From: Paramecium tetraurelia
Taxonomy: Eukaryota
NCBI GenBank assembly: GCA_000165425.1
Contig: CT868463.1
Location: 248,001-312,000, forward strand
Direction: 5' to 3'
Length of the DNA stretch: 64,000 nucleotides
Made by a program: the position numbers and the translations under genes. Under the pieces are notes generated by a model that saw only the letters and a list, made by a program, of their open reading frames with translations, had not been told where the DNA came from and ran no database searches. Below, one piece after another: positions 13,849 through 27,545 of this stretch; the stretch's first letter is position 1; the number at the start of each line of letters is the position of its first letter.

Positions 13849-14373
13849 ATGGGGCAAATATAATAGATATGTGCAAAAAATATATAACGATGTGATTCAT
13901 CAATGACTGACTTGAAGCAACTTGTAATTAAAAGAGAATGCCATAAAGAGGGCAGTTCTAGGGTAACATTGGAATAGAGTACCATGATAACGGAAACATT
14001 AGAAGAGCTTAAATTAAAACTATCTCAGGATGAGGATAAATTAAATTAGGAAGTAGAAACAACTATCAGTATGGTTGAGTCATTCTAGAAGTTAGAAACC
14101 AAACATCTATCTCAAAGAGAGTTAGACAAAATCACTGACTTCAATGTCATTAATAATCCAGATGGAACTAAAAATAGATCAAAAAGTGTAATTATTAGAA
14201 ATATTTTCTCTGAAATAACACCTAAGAGCATTTTGAAAAATAAGGAATTGCTTTAGGATTAGGTAAAAAGAAACTTACAATAACAAAAAAGAGTTAGGTT
14301 TTCTATAAAGGGCTTATAGAAGAACAAATAATAATAAAAGTATAATGGATATATGAAAATTTCATATCTTTGA
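13849..14373 (+). CDS. Small MG-initiated protein with SILK and RVxF motifs (copy 2)
   Basis: Intronless 174 aa: MGQIQQICAK...RSKSV...KSILKN...KRVRF. Confidence 0.8.
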
Positions 14374-15082
14374 TTCTCCATTTACTACTTGTTTATGTTT
14401 ATATAAATTTAATTCTAATCATAAATAATTATATTGATCATAACTAAATGTATTCATTTAAATCCGTTATTAAAAATAGCACTTTAATTAAATACTCTGT
14501 AATATATTTATGCAAAATAATAATACGGAATATGATTATAAATAAATTACTCATTTAACTACCAATTCGATAATATTATCACAACACCAAATTTAATTAA
14601 TTGCAATTATTCAAATAATACCAATATAAATCAATTATTAAATTAATACTACAAATTTATTTTTATATTTCTTAGGAATTCATTGCAGGTCTTTAAACCT
14701 TTGGGATGCCGATTCCTAAACATTCCTTTTTAAATTAATTCAAGGGGCACCCATTTAGAAATTTTGGTCTAAACTCAGCAGAGTACTCTATTTACTAATA
14801 ATAGAAGGAGATGATAAATTACGATATTTCCTTTATAATCTCAGATATTATTATTCTGACCGAGAATCATCTTATGGATTACTATATTTTGAAACAGTAA
14901 GGTGACAAGGTTTATTTGTGATATTGAAAAAATAATGCTTCATTTAATCATTCATATGTTATACTTCTTTAGACAATTTCGAACAAATAAACTTATTTTA
15001 AAAGCTTCTATAAAGCTTTTTTTGTTAATTTAGAAGTTCTTGATAAACCTAATTAAAATATAAAAGAGAATTTAGCAAAAGT

Positions 15083-15637
15083 ATGGGTTCAAAACCTTGC
15101 TGTTGCAAAAACACATCAGACCCTATCTAAGAAATGAAGCTCAAAATAGAACCAATGAACAGTATTCATGAAATATTAGTGGCAGATCTCAAAAAGCCTA
15201 TTCCTTTGGAACAAATTATGCCTCTCCAATAGGAAGATGACTTTGCTTTATTTTTAGTGATGGATCAATATGATCGTCTAATCGTAAAAAGCAGAACAAA
15301 GGCAAAATCCTATTCTCCAGCAGGCGATATTTATACTAATTCAAGAGAAAATTTTACTACTTATTACATGAGGAGAAAAAACCATCATAAACAGTGTAAA
15401 TAAACTAGATCATTAACTACAAAGCTATCTACATCCTTTTAAAGCATAGGAATTCGTAGCATTTTGAAAAAAAAGGACCTTACAAATAATAAATCATCAT
15501 ATTTTCAATAAATATCGGATGTTTAAAAATCAATAAAAAGCGTACATTTTGATATGGTTCAGAGTCCTAAAAATTGTATCAATAGACAAACAGATGTTTT
15601 GAAAAAAAAAAAAATGTTCCTTAAGTCATATATATGA
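15083..15637 (+). CDS. Small N-acylation-motif protein with SILK and RVxF motifs (copy 3)
   Basis: Intronless 184 aa: MGSKPCCCK...EDDFALFLVMDQYDRL...RSILKK...KSVHF. Confidence 0.8.
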
Positions 15638-15972
15638 AATCTGAAACCTGAAATATATTTATATCATATAATCTTTGTTTTATTTACAAGTCAACAATAC
15701 TAATTTGAGAAGAATGAAGAAAAATCATTTTTTTAGTTGAAATTAGATATATCTTAATTTTATATGCAAGATTATTTAGGGACTTAAATTATAAAATTAA
15801 TTTTTATCAAAAATGCAAATATTAAAAGTTAAAATATTATATTTTCCATTCAAACTTTAACAAATTAATTAGAAATAATTTTCTAATTTATTTTGTAAGA
15901 ATATTAAATTCAATGAGTTATGAATTTAACTATTAATATATTATATTAATCATATTTAACTAATGAAAACTA

Positions 15973-16358
15973 TCACATTTTAAATGGTTTAACTTCAATC
16001 TCTTTTATTTCTGTTTACTTTTCAGCTGCTGTAGTTTAGCGTGAGTCAGGAGAACGAGAAAGTTTTGAATCACGCTTTAATTTTTCGACACTTCTCTAAG
16101 CATATTCCCTAAAATTGGCTTTACTAGACCTATTGAAAATTTAATAATTGAAAACTAATCAGGCTCGTCAAACATTCTTTATTGCAATTGAAACATAAAC
16201 TTCTTAATTTCTAATCTATCATTAGATTTTTTAATCCTTTGAATTGTCTCTAGACGTTCAATTAACTTAAGTTTCTCTAGATTCTCAAATCTTTTAACAG
16301 CATTGGCATGATTGGAAACCTCCAAAGGATTTCTTTAACTAATATTTTCTTCAAACAT
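15973..16358 (-). CDS. Small basic hypothetical protein (~119 aa)
   Basis: MFEENISQRNPLEVSNHANAVKRFENLEKLKL...; a 26-nt GT..TAG intron gives an intact 120-codon frame to TGA. Confidence 0.6.
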
Positions 16359-16563
16359 AAATTTTATTTTACTCAATAAAATTTAACAAGTCTAAATGAC
16401 TTTAAATAATGGAAAATAAAATAAGTACTGGTAATTAATGATTATGATTAAATAGAAATAAATTAGTTAATCTAAGAGAGCAAACAATGAAGAGGTAGTT
16501 CATTTAATTACATGTATATATATATTGATATAAAAATTATTGCAAAGATATTAATTTAATCTA

Positions 16564-19500
16564 ATGAGTGAATAATAAACACCTAATCGAGGGAGATTTT
16601 TATCACCATAACCATAAAATTAACAATCAAGAGTTAATTCTGAGAGTCATATTGTCATTCCAAATGATAAGATGAAGAGATCTAGTGCAGGAGGGTCAAG
16701 CGTAAGAGTGATTAACTCAGTAAAGAATAATTATAATCCTTTAGCCTCCTGTTGCTATGACATAATCGGCTGTAGTAAATCAATTAGAGTACTTCTAAAT
16801 GCCTAATGGATCAATATAGCCAATGATAACATCAAAGATAGTTCCCACTCTTGTTAGACCTTAGTAAAGTAATGATTATAAAATAATTGTTAGCCATTAT
16901 CATTAAGCAAGATGGAGATGGGTCTGACTTGGACTAACTTAATTAACTGCGTATAGAGGTTGAATAATGGAAGGCAAGATTCTTTGCTCTTTAAATTACA
17001 AGCGGTGGTTCAGGGTTGGAAGAGTTAGTAATTAATGAAAATATATTTTTTAGACTGGAATGTATGAGATGAGGTTAAAATTACTATCAGATGAAAACGG
17101 AAAGTTGTTAGCATTGATTAAACAACTTATCAATGAAAACGAATAGAAAGACTTAGCAATAGCTTAAAGAGATAATAAAATTTATTAACTTGAATTAAAT
17201 TAACATGAACATGATGCACTCTAAGAATTGCTTAAGAAAAAACAAGATGAAAACTTAGAAGTAATATTTATTTGAATTTTCAGTTAAGAGGAAAACTATA
17301 GGGATTGGAAGAACTTTTGATAGATGCAAGAAAATAAGAAATTGAAAATTTTGAATTATAAAGTAAAATCAAGAATCTTGAAAATGAACTGGCTATGTGG
17401 AAAGATAAATTCAAGTTGTCTGAAGAAGATAGAAACAGATTGCTATAGGAATTAAGAGAATTATTGGAAAGAATGAATCAATTAAACTTGGATTCTGTTA
17501 AGAGAGGTCAATTATCTACTATGGATTTGTTAGAAGATGAGAATAAGAAGTTGAGAGATTAAATTAATTAAATATTAAATGATCTAGATTAATGGAGAAA
17601 GAAGGCTTTGACTTTAGAATTATAAGTATTTGATCTCCAGGTTCAAGTAACTGATTAAGATAACAATAATAAGTTATTGGTAAAAGAAATCGAAAGATTG
17701 AATCAACAACTAGCATCTAAATAATAAGAAATAGAGAGGTTAAAGACGAAGTAATAAAATAAAAATAATAAATTAGTCTCTAATAAGCTGAAGATCATAT
17801 TAAAGAATTGCAAGGGTTGAAACAATAAATTTAAGAGAAATAAAGAGTCATTGATGAATTAAAAAGAAAAAATGATGAATAAGCCAAATAACTTCTAGAG
17901 AATGAGAAGTTGAAAAAGCAATTGGAACAGATCAGAGGTTACAATACAGATTTGCAAAAGTAAAATGGTGTTTTGAATTATTAAATTGATCAATTAAATA
18001 GAACACTTGAAAATAAGTAGTAAGCTTATGATAAACTAAATAATAAATTAAAGTTTGTTGAAAACGATAATAACACTTTAAGATAATAAGTTTTGGAAAT
18101 CAATGAGTTATAAATTGAAAAGTAAAGTTTATTATCAGAATTGTCATCATTAGACAAGGAACTCAAATTAAAGAGTGAACAGTTAGCTAATGTTGAAAAA
18201 GAATTATAGAATTTATAGGAAAAACTACAACAATTGAGAATAATTGAATTAGAATTAAATAGAGCCAAGTCCTAAATAGACATGAAGGACAGAGACATTG
18301 CTGAATTGAGAAAATAAATTAAAGATTTGACTGTTAAGAACTTTGAATTAGAACAAAGATTAAAAGAATTGATATCTAAAGAAACAGAGTATTTAAAGAT
18401 TTTCTAATAATGTGAAACTTATAAATCCCTAAATGACCAACTTAACTTATAATTAGCTTAATTAGAGGCAGAAAATCAATAATTGTAGTCTTAAGTAGAT
18501 GGATTGGCAGAATTACAAAGTTAATTGAAAGTGTTACAATAAAAGTATGAACAGACACTTAAAATTAATTCTGATTTAAGTTCAAGAAATTAATAATTAT
18601 AATAATAATTATAAAATATCTAATAATAGAAGAATGTTAATAATTTAAGAGATAATTAAATTAATATTGAACTATAAAGAAATAATACTCTTCTAAATTA
18701 AAAATCATAGTAAATTGAGGATTTGAGATTGAAATTGGCAAAAGCTGAATAATAAATTGATACTCTCAATAATTAATTGTAAAACAAACAATAAGAATTA
18801 GATAATTAAATAGTCTTAAATGCTAAATTATAAGATAGAATCAAAGAATTAGAATCTGAATTACTCAATCTTAAGAAAACTCTTCAAAGTTTGTAAGATT
18901 AAAATACTTCTCTTAAAAATGATCATCATCTATAACTCTAAGAATTGAGAGAGGAAATTCTCCGCAAATAGGAGGAAATCAAAGCACTTTAAAAATTAGC
19001 TGATTAATATAAAGAAAAGTATTTGGAAAATGATCGCTAATTAGCTGATTTGAAGGGCCTTGAAAGAAAATTAAATGACATTACAATCTAAAAGAATTAA
19101 TTGGCTGATTTAAATACAGCTTATTAAGATTAAATAAGTAAATTACAAAGTGAGAATAGATCATTATAAATTAAGATTCAAGAAACTCATTTATTTGAAG
19201 ATTAGAACAAACAATATGAAGCGATAATTGAAAAGTTGAAGGCAGAAAATACACTAAAGAACAAAGAAATCACAGAACTAAATATTAAATTACCAACATA
19301 TATGTAGCAAGTTTCTGATTTAGAAAAGAAGTTATTAAGAACTGATCAATAATTCTAAATTTATAAGAATGAAGTAGAGAGATTGAGACAAGAGAAATAA
19401 AACTTAATCAAGGAGATTGAAGAGTTGAAGAGAAAGAATAAGAATTTAGAATAGAAAGTGAATGAATTAAATCATTTATAAGAACTGATTCCTTAATTAG

Positions 19501-21486
19501 AATAAAAAGCTAATAGACTATAAAATTAAGTAGATAAACTATCGAAATAGAATTTAGATTATAATGATTAAATAAATCTTTAAAATGAGTAATTAAGTTA
19601 ACAGGAATTGCAAATAAGAACCTTATTCTAAGTAAAATCAAATTTATAATAATTGGAATCTAATTATTCATTAGTTGTCTAATAATTGAATGATTAGAGA
19701 CTGCAATCTGCAAAATTGGAATAGGCATTTTTAAATGAGTAGGAATAACATTAAAAGACTGCTGATGAATTAAAGAAAGCCACTAAGGAATTGGATCAAT
19801 TGAAAAATAAAATTGAATAGTTAGAGAAGTATATAAAGGAATTGGAGGGAAAACTAATAAAAGATAGAATATTAGAATAAGAATTAAAGGAAGCAATAGG
19901 TTTCAACCTTACTTTGGATACAAAACTCAATCAAGTAAGATAAGAAAATGAGTCCTTGAAAAATGAGATTACATAATTAAAAGAAGAATTAGAACAATGG
20001 AAGGCTAAATATTTATAGAAAGACAATGAGGTTAAGACATTGTAAGTGTATAAAGCAGAAGCAATTTAGATGAGAATAATAAATGATGAATTAACAGATA
20101 ATTTCAATAAATTAACAAAATAATTGAAGGCTATAACTTTAGAAAAATAAATAATGGAAGAAGATTTATAATAATAGATTGCAGATTAGAAATAGAGAAT
20201 TGCAGAATTAGAATAATTAGTAGCATAAATTGAACCATTACAAACTTAGGTGAATGATTTACAACAATTAGTAAATAAATTGTAGAATGAAAATAAATTA
20301 CTAGCCAAAAAATTAGGAGAAGCTCAGACTAAAGTGAAAGAGCTCGAAAGTAAAATAGAAGCATATGAAGTTATGGAGAAGGATTATTAGAAATTATAGG
20401 CCAATTATGCTGAAAAGTATAAATTTATTAAATGTTTTAATAGAGCTTAAGACTTGAGAATGACAAAAGAGGATTTAGACAAGACTACTTTATAATTGGA
20501 TAAGGTGACTAAGGAAAAGGAGAATCTAGATATGAGAATAGCAATGTTGGCTGCAGAAATCGAGAGATAAAAGCATTTAAACAAAAATAAATAAGAAAAA
20601 ATAGATGAATTAACTAATTAAAATACAGATGTACAATTATCTTATGATTTTATAGTTATCAAATGTTGTTGCTTAACTTGAGCCATTAGATCCTGAAAAC
20701 ACAAGATTGTCAGAATAAATTTAAGAAATGAAGAAGAAAACAGATCAAGATTAATTGGATTTAATGAAAAAGGATGATGAAATAAATAAGTTGAATAATG
20801 AAGTTTATGGATTGTAAAATAAAGTGGCATTACTTGGACCAGAAATAGAGAGAGCTAAGCTAAAGTACAATGGAGCTTAAAATACAATTAAGGAACTTGA
20901 AGAAAAATTATAAGATTATGAACACTTATAACAAGAATTAGGAAATTTGGACAACGCTTTAAATTAAGCTGAGGAGAAGGTGTAGAATTTAGAGAAGGAA
21001 AACAATACTCTTCATTAAACATTAACAGCTAAGTCAGATGAATTGAATTAGGCCAAAGCCAAGTATATTAAATTATTAAATTTAGTGTCAATGACCTTTA
21101 AAACTAGTTGAATTTGTTGAATGAATAACTAATTAATTAATAATAATTGGAAAATGAATTATAATAGAAAGATCACGAGAATTAATAATTGAAAGAAAAG
21201 ATTGGGCAATTATAGTAATAGATAGAACAACTAGAATAGATTAAGGTAATAAAAATGTTGATAAAATTAGTACGATAATGAGGGTAAGATCGCTATGTTA
21301 GCAACTCAGATCGAAGCCTTAAAATATAAATACTAAGTGGCTGAAAATAAATTAAAAGAATAAGAGAATATAATTGGATAGTTGAATGATGATTTGGATA
21401 ACTTTGACAAACACATTTAGGAGTTGGAGGGTGAAAACCAGGATTTAAAGGATAAAATGTAACAGCAATCTATTAGAGCCTATTGA
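16564..21486 (+). CDS. Giant E/K/Q/L coiled-coil protein (~1550 aa), probably cytoskeletal or cortical
   Basis: Continuous heptad-rich frame across tiny introns, with a recurring xxLL/ML-xx-EIERL motif. Confidence 0.8.
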
Positions 21487-21527
21487 TTCATTGACAAATA
21501 TAAATATATTATAAAATAAATTAACAT

Positions 21528-22309
21528 ATGTGTTCTAATTTGACAATAACAATTTTGGTATTTTTGGTAGGGATAGCTTAATGTCAATAATGCACATGGA
21601 CAGACGAGTCAGGATACACCTACAATTTAAAATCTTTAGATAAACCTGGAGGCTGGTAATTGAAGGACGAGACAAGTGGGATGGGAATGTTTAGCATGGT
21701 TTACATATTCAATTTTTGTGATTTCAAACCTATTAAATGTCATGATAGATAAGTGGGAGCTATAGAAGCTTTGGCAGTCATGGGATAAATAACAGAAAAT
21801 TGTGATGTGGCTGGATTGGTAGAAACTTAAGCATTTGAGCATTTGGATTAAAGAGATTTAAATAAAGGCATAGTTATAAAGTACACCTAAGGAGACTTAT
21901 GTATGGATCCAAAATAACAACCTACAGGAGTAATGTAACCAAGACAGGCTCATTTTTTTATTGAATGTGGAGATGATGAAGCTACTTTCACAGTTTTGCC
22001 AGATAACGAATGCATTGATCAATTTAAAATTAGACATCATGCTGCCTGCAGAAATGCAAGTATCGATTCCATATCAATAATGTAGGTTCACATTGGTTTC
22101 TTAAATTCATTTTTGTTATTTGTTTATATTTTGGGGGCCGCTTCATATACAATCGTAAGAAATTGCAAATAGAAGGAGAAGATGCTATCCCTCACATTCA
22201 TTAAATCAAAACTCTTATTCCTCAAGTCAGAGCACTGTTTCATTTTGGTGTAGATAGGTTGTAAACTCAAGTTCAGAGATTTAGACATGGTGGCTATGAT
22301 AGTATATGA
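21528..22309 (+). CDS. Type I membrane protein with a mannose-6-phosphate-receptor-homology domain (ATG27/CD-MPR-like)
   Basis: Signal peptide, YTYNLKSL, YIFNFC, GIVIKYTQGDLC, FFIECG, RHHAAC, TM segment, EDAIPH, C-terminal YDSI (YxxPhi sorting motif). Confidence 0.8.
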
Positions 22310-22333
22310 ATAAATTAATTAATTAAAATATCT

Positions 22334-23545
22334 ATGTACAGATTTCGATAACTTTGGAAATTCAGTACACTCTAATTCCACAAAGGAGTTAGTGAGCACT
22401 AGAATGTTTCCCAGAATGTAGTCCTAAGAGGAGTCACTCTCAAAGGCAGATATAATGATTTACCAAATATGCTCTTCTTTCCTGAAGCCTGTGATCCTGT
22501 CGAAAATTGGATCCCCTTCTTCAGTGACCCAGCTAATAAGGTAGAAAAGTGTGTGAATTGATAGATCCTTGATTATAGAAATGTGCATATTTTGAGTCCA
22601 AGAAATTTTGGTACATCGGACAAGCATTTCTCATTCGATGTTGAAGATCTGGCCAATGATGTTGTTAGATACATGTATTATAACAAAATCACCATGGCAA
22701 CTTTGGCTGGACATGGATTTGGAGCAAAGGTTGCTTTAGCTGCTGGATGTTATCATCCTGAAAGAACAACAGGTGTGTTTTGCATTGACTACTCACCTAT
22801 GGATTAAAGATATCATGAGGCATTTACAGAATTCAGAGGCTTCATTAAGAAATTATCAGAAATTAATACTAAAGAAATGACCAAATCATAAATTGAGGCA
22901 TTTCTCAAAGAAAACATAGAGGTTCAATTATTTAAATATTTCTATATAGTGTGTTAAATGGAGATCTATTTTTAGTGATAATCTTGTTAAATTACCATCA
23001 GGATAATGGGATTGGAAGTTTTCTCTTAAATTTTTAAATGACAATATCTAATTCAATAAAGCTGATTCTCTTGCTTTCTGGCCAATCAAAGCTGGTCTTT
23101 TTACAGGCAGAACTCATTTTGCATTCCCTGAATTTTCAAGATGGGTGCATTTAGGAACCAATACCCTACCAATGTTGAAGGTTTGCCCATAAGTTAGAGG
23201 ATTTGGACATGATGTTCATTCTGTCTAAGGAGACAATAACACCCTAAGTAAATATTTAGAATTATAATTAGACCATTGGATTTATGAATTCAAAGATTAA
23301 TCCTTTGTCTTTGCAAGCAGATTCACCAAGTAACTGAAAATATTTAATTTAGATTCTTATCTATGTATGATGGTGTTCATCTTTTACTTAAAGACAGAAC
23401 TGAAGTAGGAAAGGAATTCGTTCCATCTATCATTTATTCCAAGAAGGATCCAAATCATGTTTATTCAGACTATTCTCCTGCTCATTATTATCATAATTGG
23501 AGATTTAACAATGTCTACAAAAATTTAGATATTCAAAATAAATGA
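22334..23545 (+). CDS. ATPTT3: Mitochondrial alpha/beta-hydrolase-fold protein lacking the nucleophile; likely ciliate ATP synthase subunit ATPTT3 ortholog
   Basis: Transit-like N-terminus (MYRFRQLWKFST), LSPRNFGTSD, LAGHGFGAKVA (G replaces S of GHSxG), SRWVHLGTNTLPM, DYSPAHYYHNWRFN. Matches my recollection of Tetrahymena ATPTT3; not searched. Confidence 0.75.
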
Positions 23546-24402
23546 TATAATACCATACAACATTAAATAGGATTTATATAAATTATAGTATTATTATTAT
23601 TCTTATTTAACTAATAATATCCATAGTCTTTTTATAAACTGATCTGTAGAATAATTCATCCTAATAGTATATAATAAAATTGTGAATTAAGTAAACACTT
23701 TTCTGGTTCTGATTTTAAAACAAAAATAATCTATTTGATAATATAATGATAAAATATCAGTAGATTATCAAAGTTTATCTTGAACGAAGTTAAATATAAG
23801 AAATAAATAATTAGATGAGTTAAGAATGTAATTGGTATATGAAAGTAAATTTTTTTTGCTCTAATGTGTGCTATAAGGGAGCTTGAGAGATGGCTAAATT
23901 AATTTCTAGTGAGAATCTAGCTATAATCAACTCAGAATTGAAATATTATAAAATATTAATTAAAAAATTAAAAAATCATAGTTACAAAGACAAAAATTTC
24001 ATTTGCAGAGCTTGCCAAATTCAATGGATAATTATATTCAATAAATTTAAACTCAATTTGAACCCACTCTTGTCGAACTAATAATAAATTTAATGATGAG
24101 AATGACTCCTAATCAAGTTATTCATAATTAATTTCTTGCATATAAAAATATTTTATATATAAGTTTCATATCAGGGATAAGAATACTCCAATTTAACAAA
24201 CTCCTTCATCATTATAATCCTTTTTATTTACTTTTTAGGAATAAATTGTATTAATAGTTTAATACAATTAGGTAGTAATTTATAAGGATATAATATGAGA
24301 TAATTAAGGCAATGATTGTGGTCATATTGAGCTCAATAACATATTATTTGTTCGATTTTTGATAATTAACAATTTATAATTTTTTACTATTATTATATAT
24401 AA

Positions 24403-25578
24403 ATGAGTTAAAGCACTAGAGCCAGGTATTTATACAATTAATGAAAACATAGAGGCAGTAGTCAATAGAGTTAGATATCGAAAAAAAGCATTAGAAAATA
24501 TAGTTCTGATTACTATGACTCAGATGCATCGGATTCAGAACCTATGACGAAGAAGAGAGTTGTAAAGATATGGACACCAGAGGAGGATGAGATGCTGTAA
24601 AACTTTTATGAAAAATTTAATGGAAATTGGACACAAGTAGCCCAAGCTATACCTGGTAGAAATCAATCGTAATGTTCACAAAGGTGGAAAAGAATAAATC
24701 CGAATAGAGTATGTTAAGCATTATATAAAGATTAAAATGAGAAAATAATGGACGGAGGAAGAAGATAGATAAGTGTTACGGTTGATCCAAAAGTTTGGGA
24801 AGAATTGGAAAAGAATTGAAAACGAAATGAATGGGAGAACTGGGAAATAGATAAGAGAAAGATTTATCAATAAATTAGATAAAACTATCAATCACGATCC
24901 CTTTGATGAGAAGGAGGATGAAGACATATATAATTTGTATATGAAATTGGGTCCAAGATGGAGTGAAATATCAAAGAACTTAATAGGAAGACCTGTAATA
25001 ATTTAATCAAATAATAAAGGAAAATTCAGTAAAGAATCGGTTTTATTCTCATATAAAGAAACACTATAATGTTTAGACGAAGGAATCGGATTCAGATGGT
25101 AAGGAGATTACTCCTACACAGTAATACAATAAATCTGATTTAACAGGAAAGGAGTATTTAAGATCATAGAATGAAGATAAATAATTAGATACTATACAGA
25201 GTTAGTTTGAGCAAGAAAACTCCATTAACAATTTATAATAGCATAACCATTACATGTAAACCTCATATAATGGACTTGGTAAAGGAGGTATATGAAAATA
25301 TGATAAATTACATAGATTCTCTCAATTCAAATGGAGACTTCTTGTAATTTTCACATTAGATGAGTCTGGAATAGAAACAACATTATGATATAGGCATCGC
25401 TCATCCTGAATCCAATATATTCCAAGATGTCTTACTTCCTTATCAAGATTTATTAGATGAACAAGCAGATTAAATATCAATACAGAAGAAACAATCAGGA
25501 ACTCAATATCTGAGGACAGACAGCGAAATCGTTCATCTAGACTATAAATTTAATAAAATGAGTATGGAATAAGAATGA
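24403..25578 (+). CDS. Three-repeat Myb DNA-binding protein
   Basis: WTPEEDEML...GRNQSQCSQRW; WTEEEDRQV...GRTGKQIRERF; FDEKED...GPRWSEISKNLIGRP|ENSVKNRFYS. Confidence 0.92.
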
Positions 25579-25595
25579 CAAATATATATATTAAT

Positions 25596-27405
25596 TCAAT
25601 TATCATCATCTACATCAAGATCGTCATCATCTTATTAGATTTCAGGCAGTTTATCACATTATTCTATTAGAGGAGAGTTGAAAATCAATTCAAAATTGTT
25701 TTTGAATTCAGGTAGTGGTTTCTTCTTCGTTGGAGGAGGATACATAGGATCGATAGCAATTCTGATAGTGTTTTCGACCAAATGATTAATTAATCTAGAC
25801 AGTAGAGGACAACAGGTTTCAAGACATGGATTAGTATTCACTTCTATCAGCCATGGTTTGAAATCACTGTCTATCATAAAGTCTAGACCAAACAGTTCAA
25901 AAGTGTAGAAGTGCCGATTGGGATCTAAATGTTAATTAGAGGCTTTGACAATGTCAACACACAAACTTTTCAATTATTCTATTGTGTTATTGAAGTTCAT
26001 GTTATAAATCTCTTAAACATATTTCGAAAAGTCATTAAATGAAACCTTATTTATATTATTAATTTACTTTATTTCCTGTTTCATATTTCCCATAGTTCTT
26101 GCTGTATTTTTGTACAGCATCATTGGTTAAATGAGTATATTTGCAATCTGTGTCATCCAGATTGAATTCCTTACAACTAGTTCTTATATATCCTTCCTAA
26201 TACCAATAAGCTTTAAATTGGTGGTTTATACAAGTTATCAACATAAAACATCTGATATCAAATTTCCGTTTGTTGTACAACAATGGTCTATTTAGGTATT
26301 ATTGCACAATAAAGGTCTTCTTTACCCCATTGGAATGCAACTCACGATAAGAGACTAACCTTTTAACTTAAGAAATCGAATTGGCCACTTCTATCCCATT
26401 CCCTCTATTCGATTACTCTCCAGGTTTAACTATCCAGACATTGATATTGTTCCTCTTTGCATATTCCTCAAATTACTAATATACAGGATCTTTGATTCCA
26501 TCTTGAATATGAAATGTTAATGGAATAAATTTAAATGGATCTTGACCTATCGATTCATAATATGATTTCATATTGTAATACAAAGCCTTCTTATTTGAAA
26601 TCTGGAAATTGCCTTCCAAATGATTGTGTACTCTCAAGATATTACTAGAGACGAAATTAGTATATTTTTCTTCTTCTAATCTGAGTTTAAACTTTTCGAA
26701 CACTAATTTTTTCTATGTTTTGGTAAATGTAGACTAATTCCCAGTTATGGTTATTAGATCCTTATAAAATCCTTGTTTTCTAAGTTATGTCCAATAAAGA
26801 TTCATATCGTTCTAAGGAGCATCAAGTAACACCCACCAAGATCTAGATTTGATTAATTGTCGAACTAATTAACCATTGTTTCCTTTTGTGATGAAAGCCT
26901 TATAAACTATCTTCTCTTAAGGTATTATCATTAATAAATTTGAGTAACTTATGATTGTAGCAAAATCAGAAGGATTTTCAAATAAATTTTGTTCTTCTTA
27001 TTTATTTGGAAGAGCCTTTTTAATAGCGAACTTATTTCTTTTAGTATCAATCTTCCTCCTTTCAAGAGATTGAGGCTCAGCTGATTCAGTAAAACTGTTT
27101 CTGCCATAAACCCTTGTTTCACTATATTTCCTAATTGATATTTCCTTCTTGGAAGATGTAATTAATTCAGCTTTGGGAGGATAAACCAAAATAGAAGGTA
27201 GATTTTTCTGAGTATTGATTTATGGAATCTAATTGTGTTTCGAAAAAGATTCTTATTACTTAATTAGATCTACTATCTATTGAAATCCTTTTAACTTAAT
27301 TATATTCAACTTGGGTTAGAAGAGTCTTGGCTAATTGAAATTAACTTCCTGAAATCTTGTACTGCCCTTAATGACCAACTTTTCTAAATCATTGTTGTTA
27401 TACAT
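25596..27405 (-). CDS. Tubulin-tyrosine-ligase-like (TTLL) enzyme, possibly glycylase-type
   Basis: NHLEGNFQISNKKALY, WIVKPGEQSNRGNGI, RKFDIRC, EGYIRTS, HLTNDAVQK, FELFGLDFMIDSDFKPWLIEVNTNP. Confidence 0.9.
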
Positions 27406-27545
27406 TTTATTAATAATCATTATAAATATCAAATTAAAATGAAACATCTTCATTTCATATTTTATTTTTCTTTTTTATTGTCAAATATTTTCTTTTCAAT
27501 TCAAAACCCAAATGTGTCTAATAATTATCAATAAAATTAAAATCA

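Noticed and set aside
23746..24100. In-frame TGA (GGA GCT TGA GAG ATG) as selenocysteine or readthrough
   Set aside because: No redox motif or SECIS is visible; a decayed gene explains it better.
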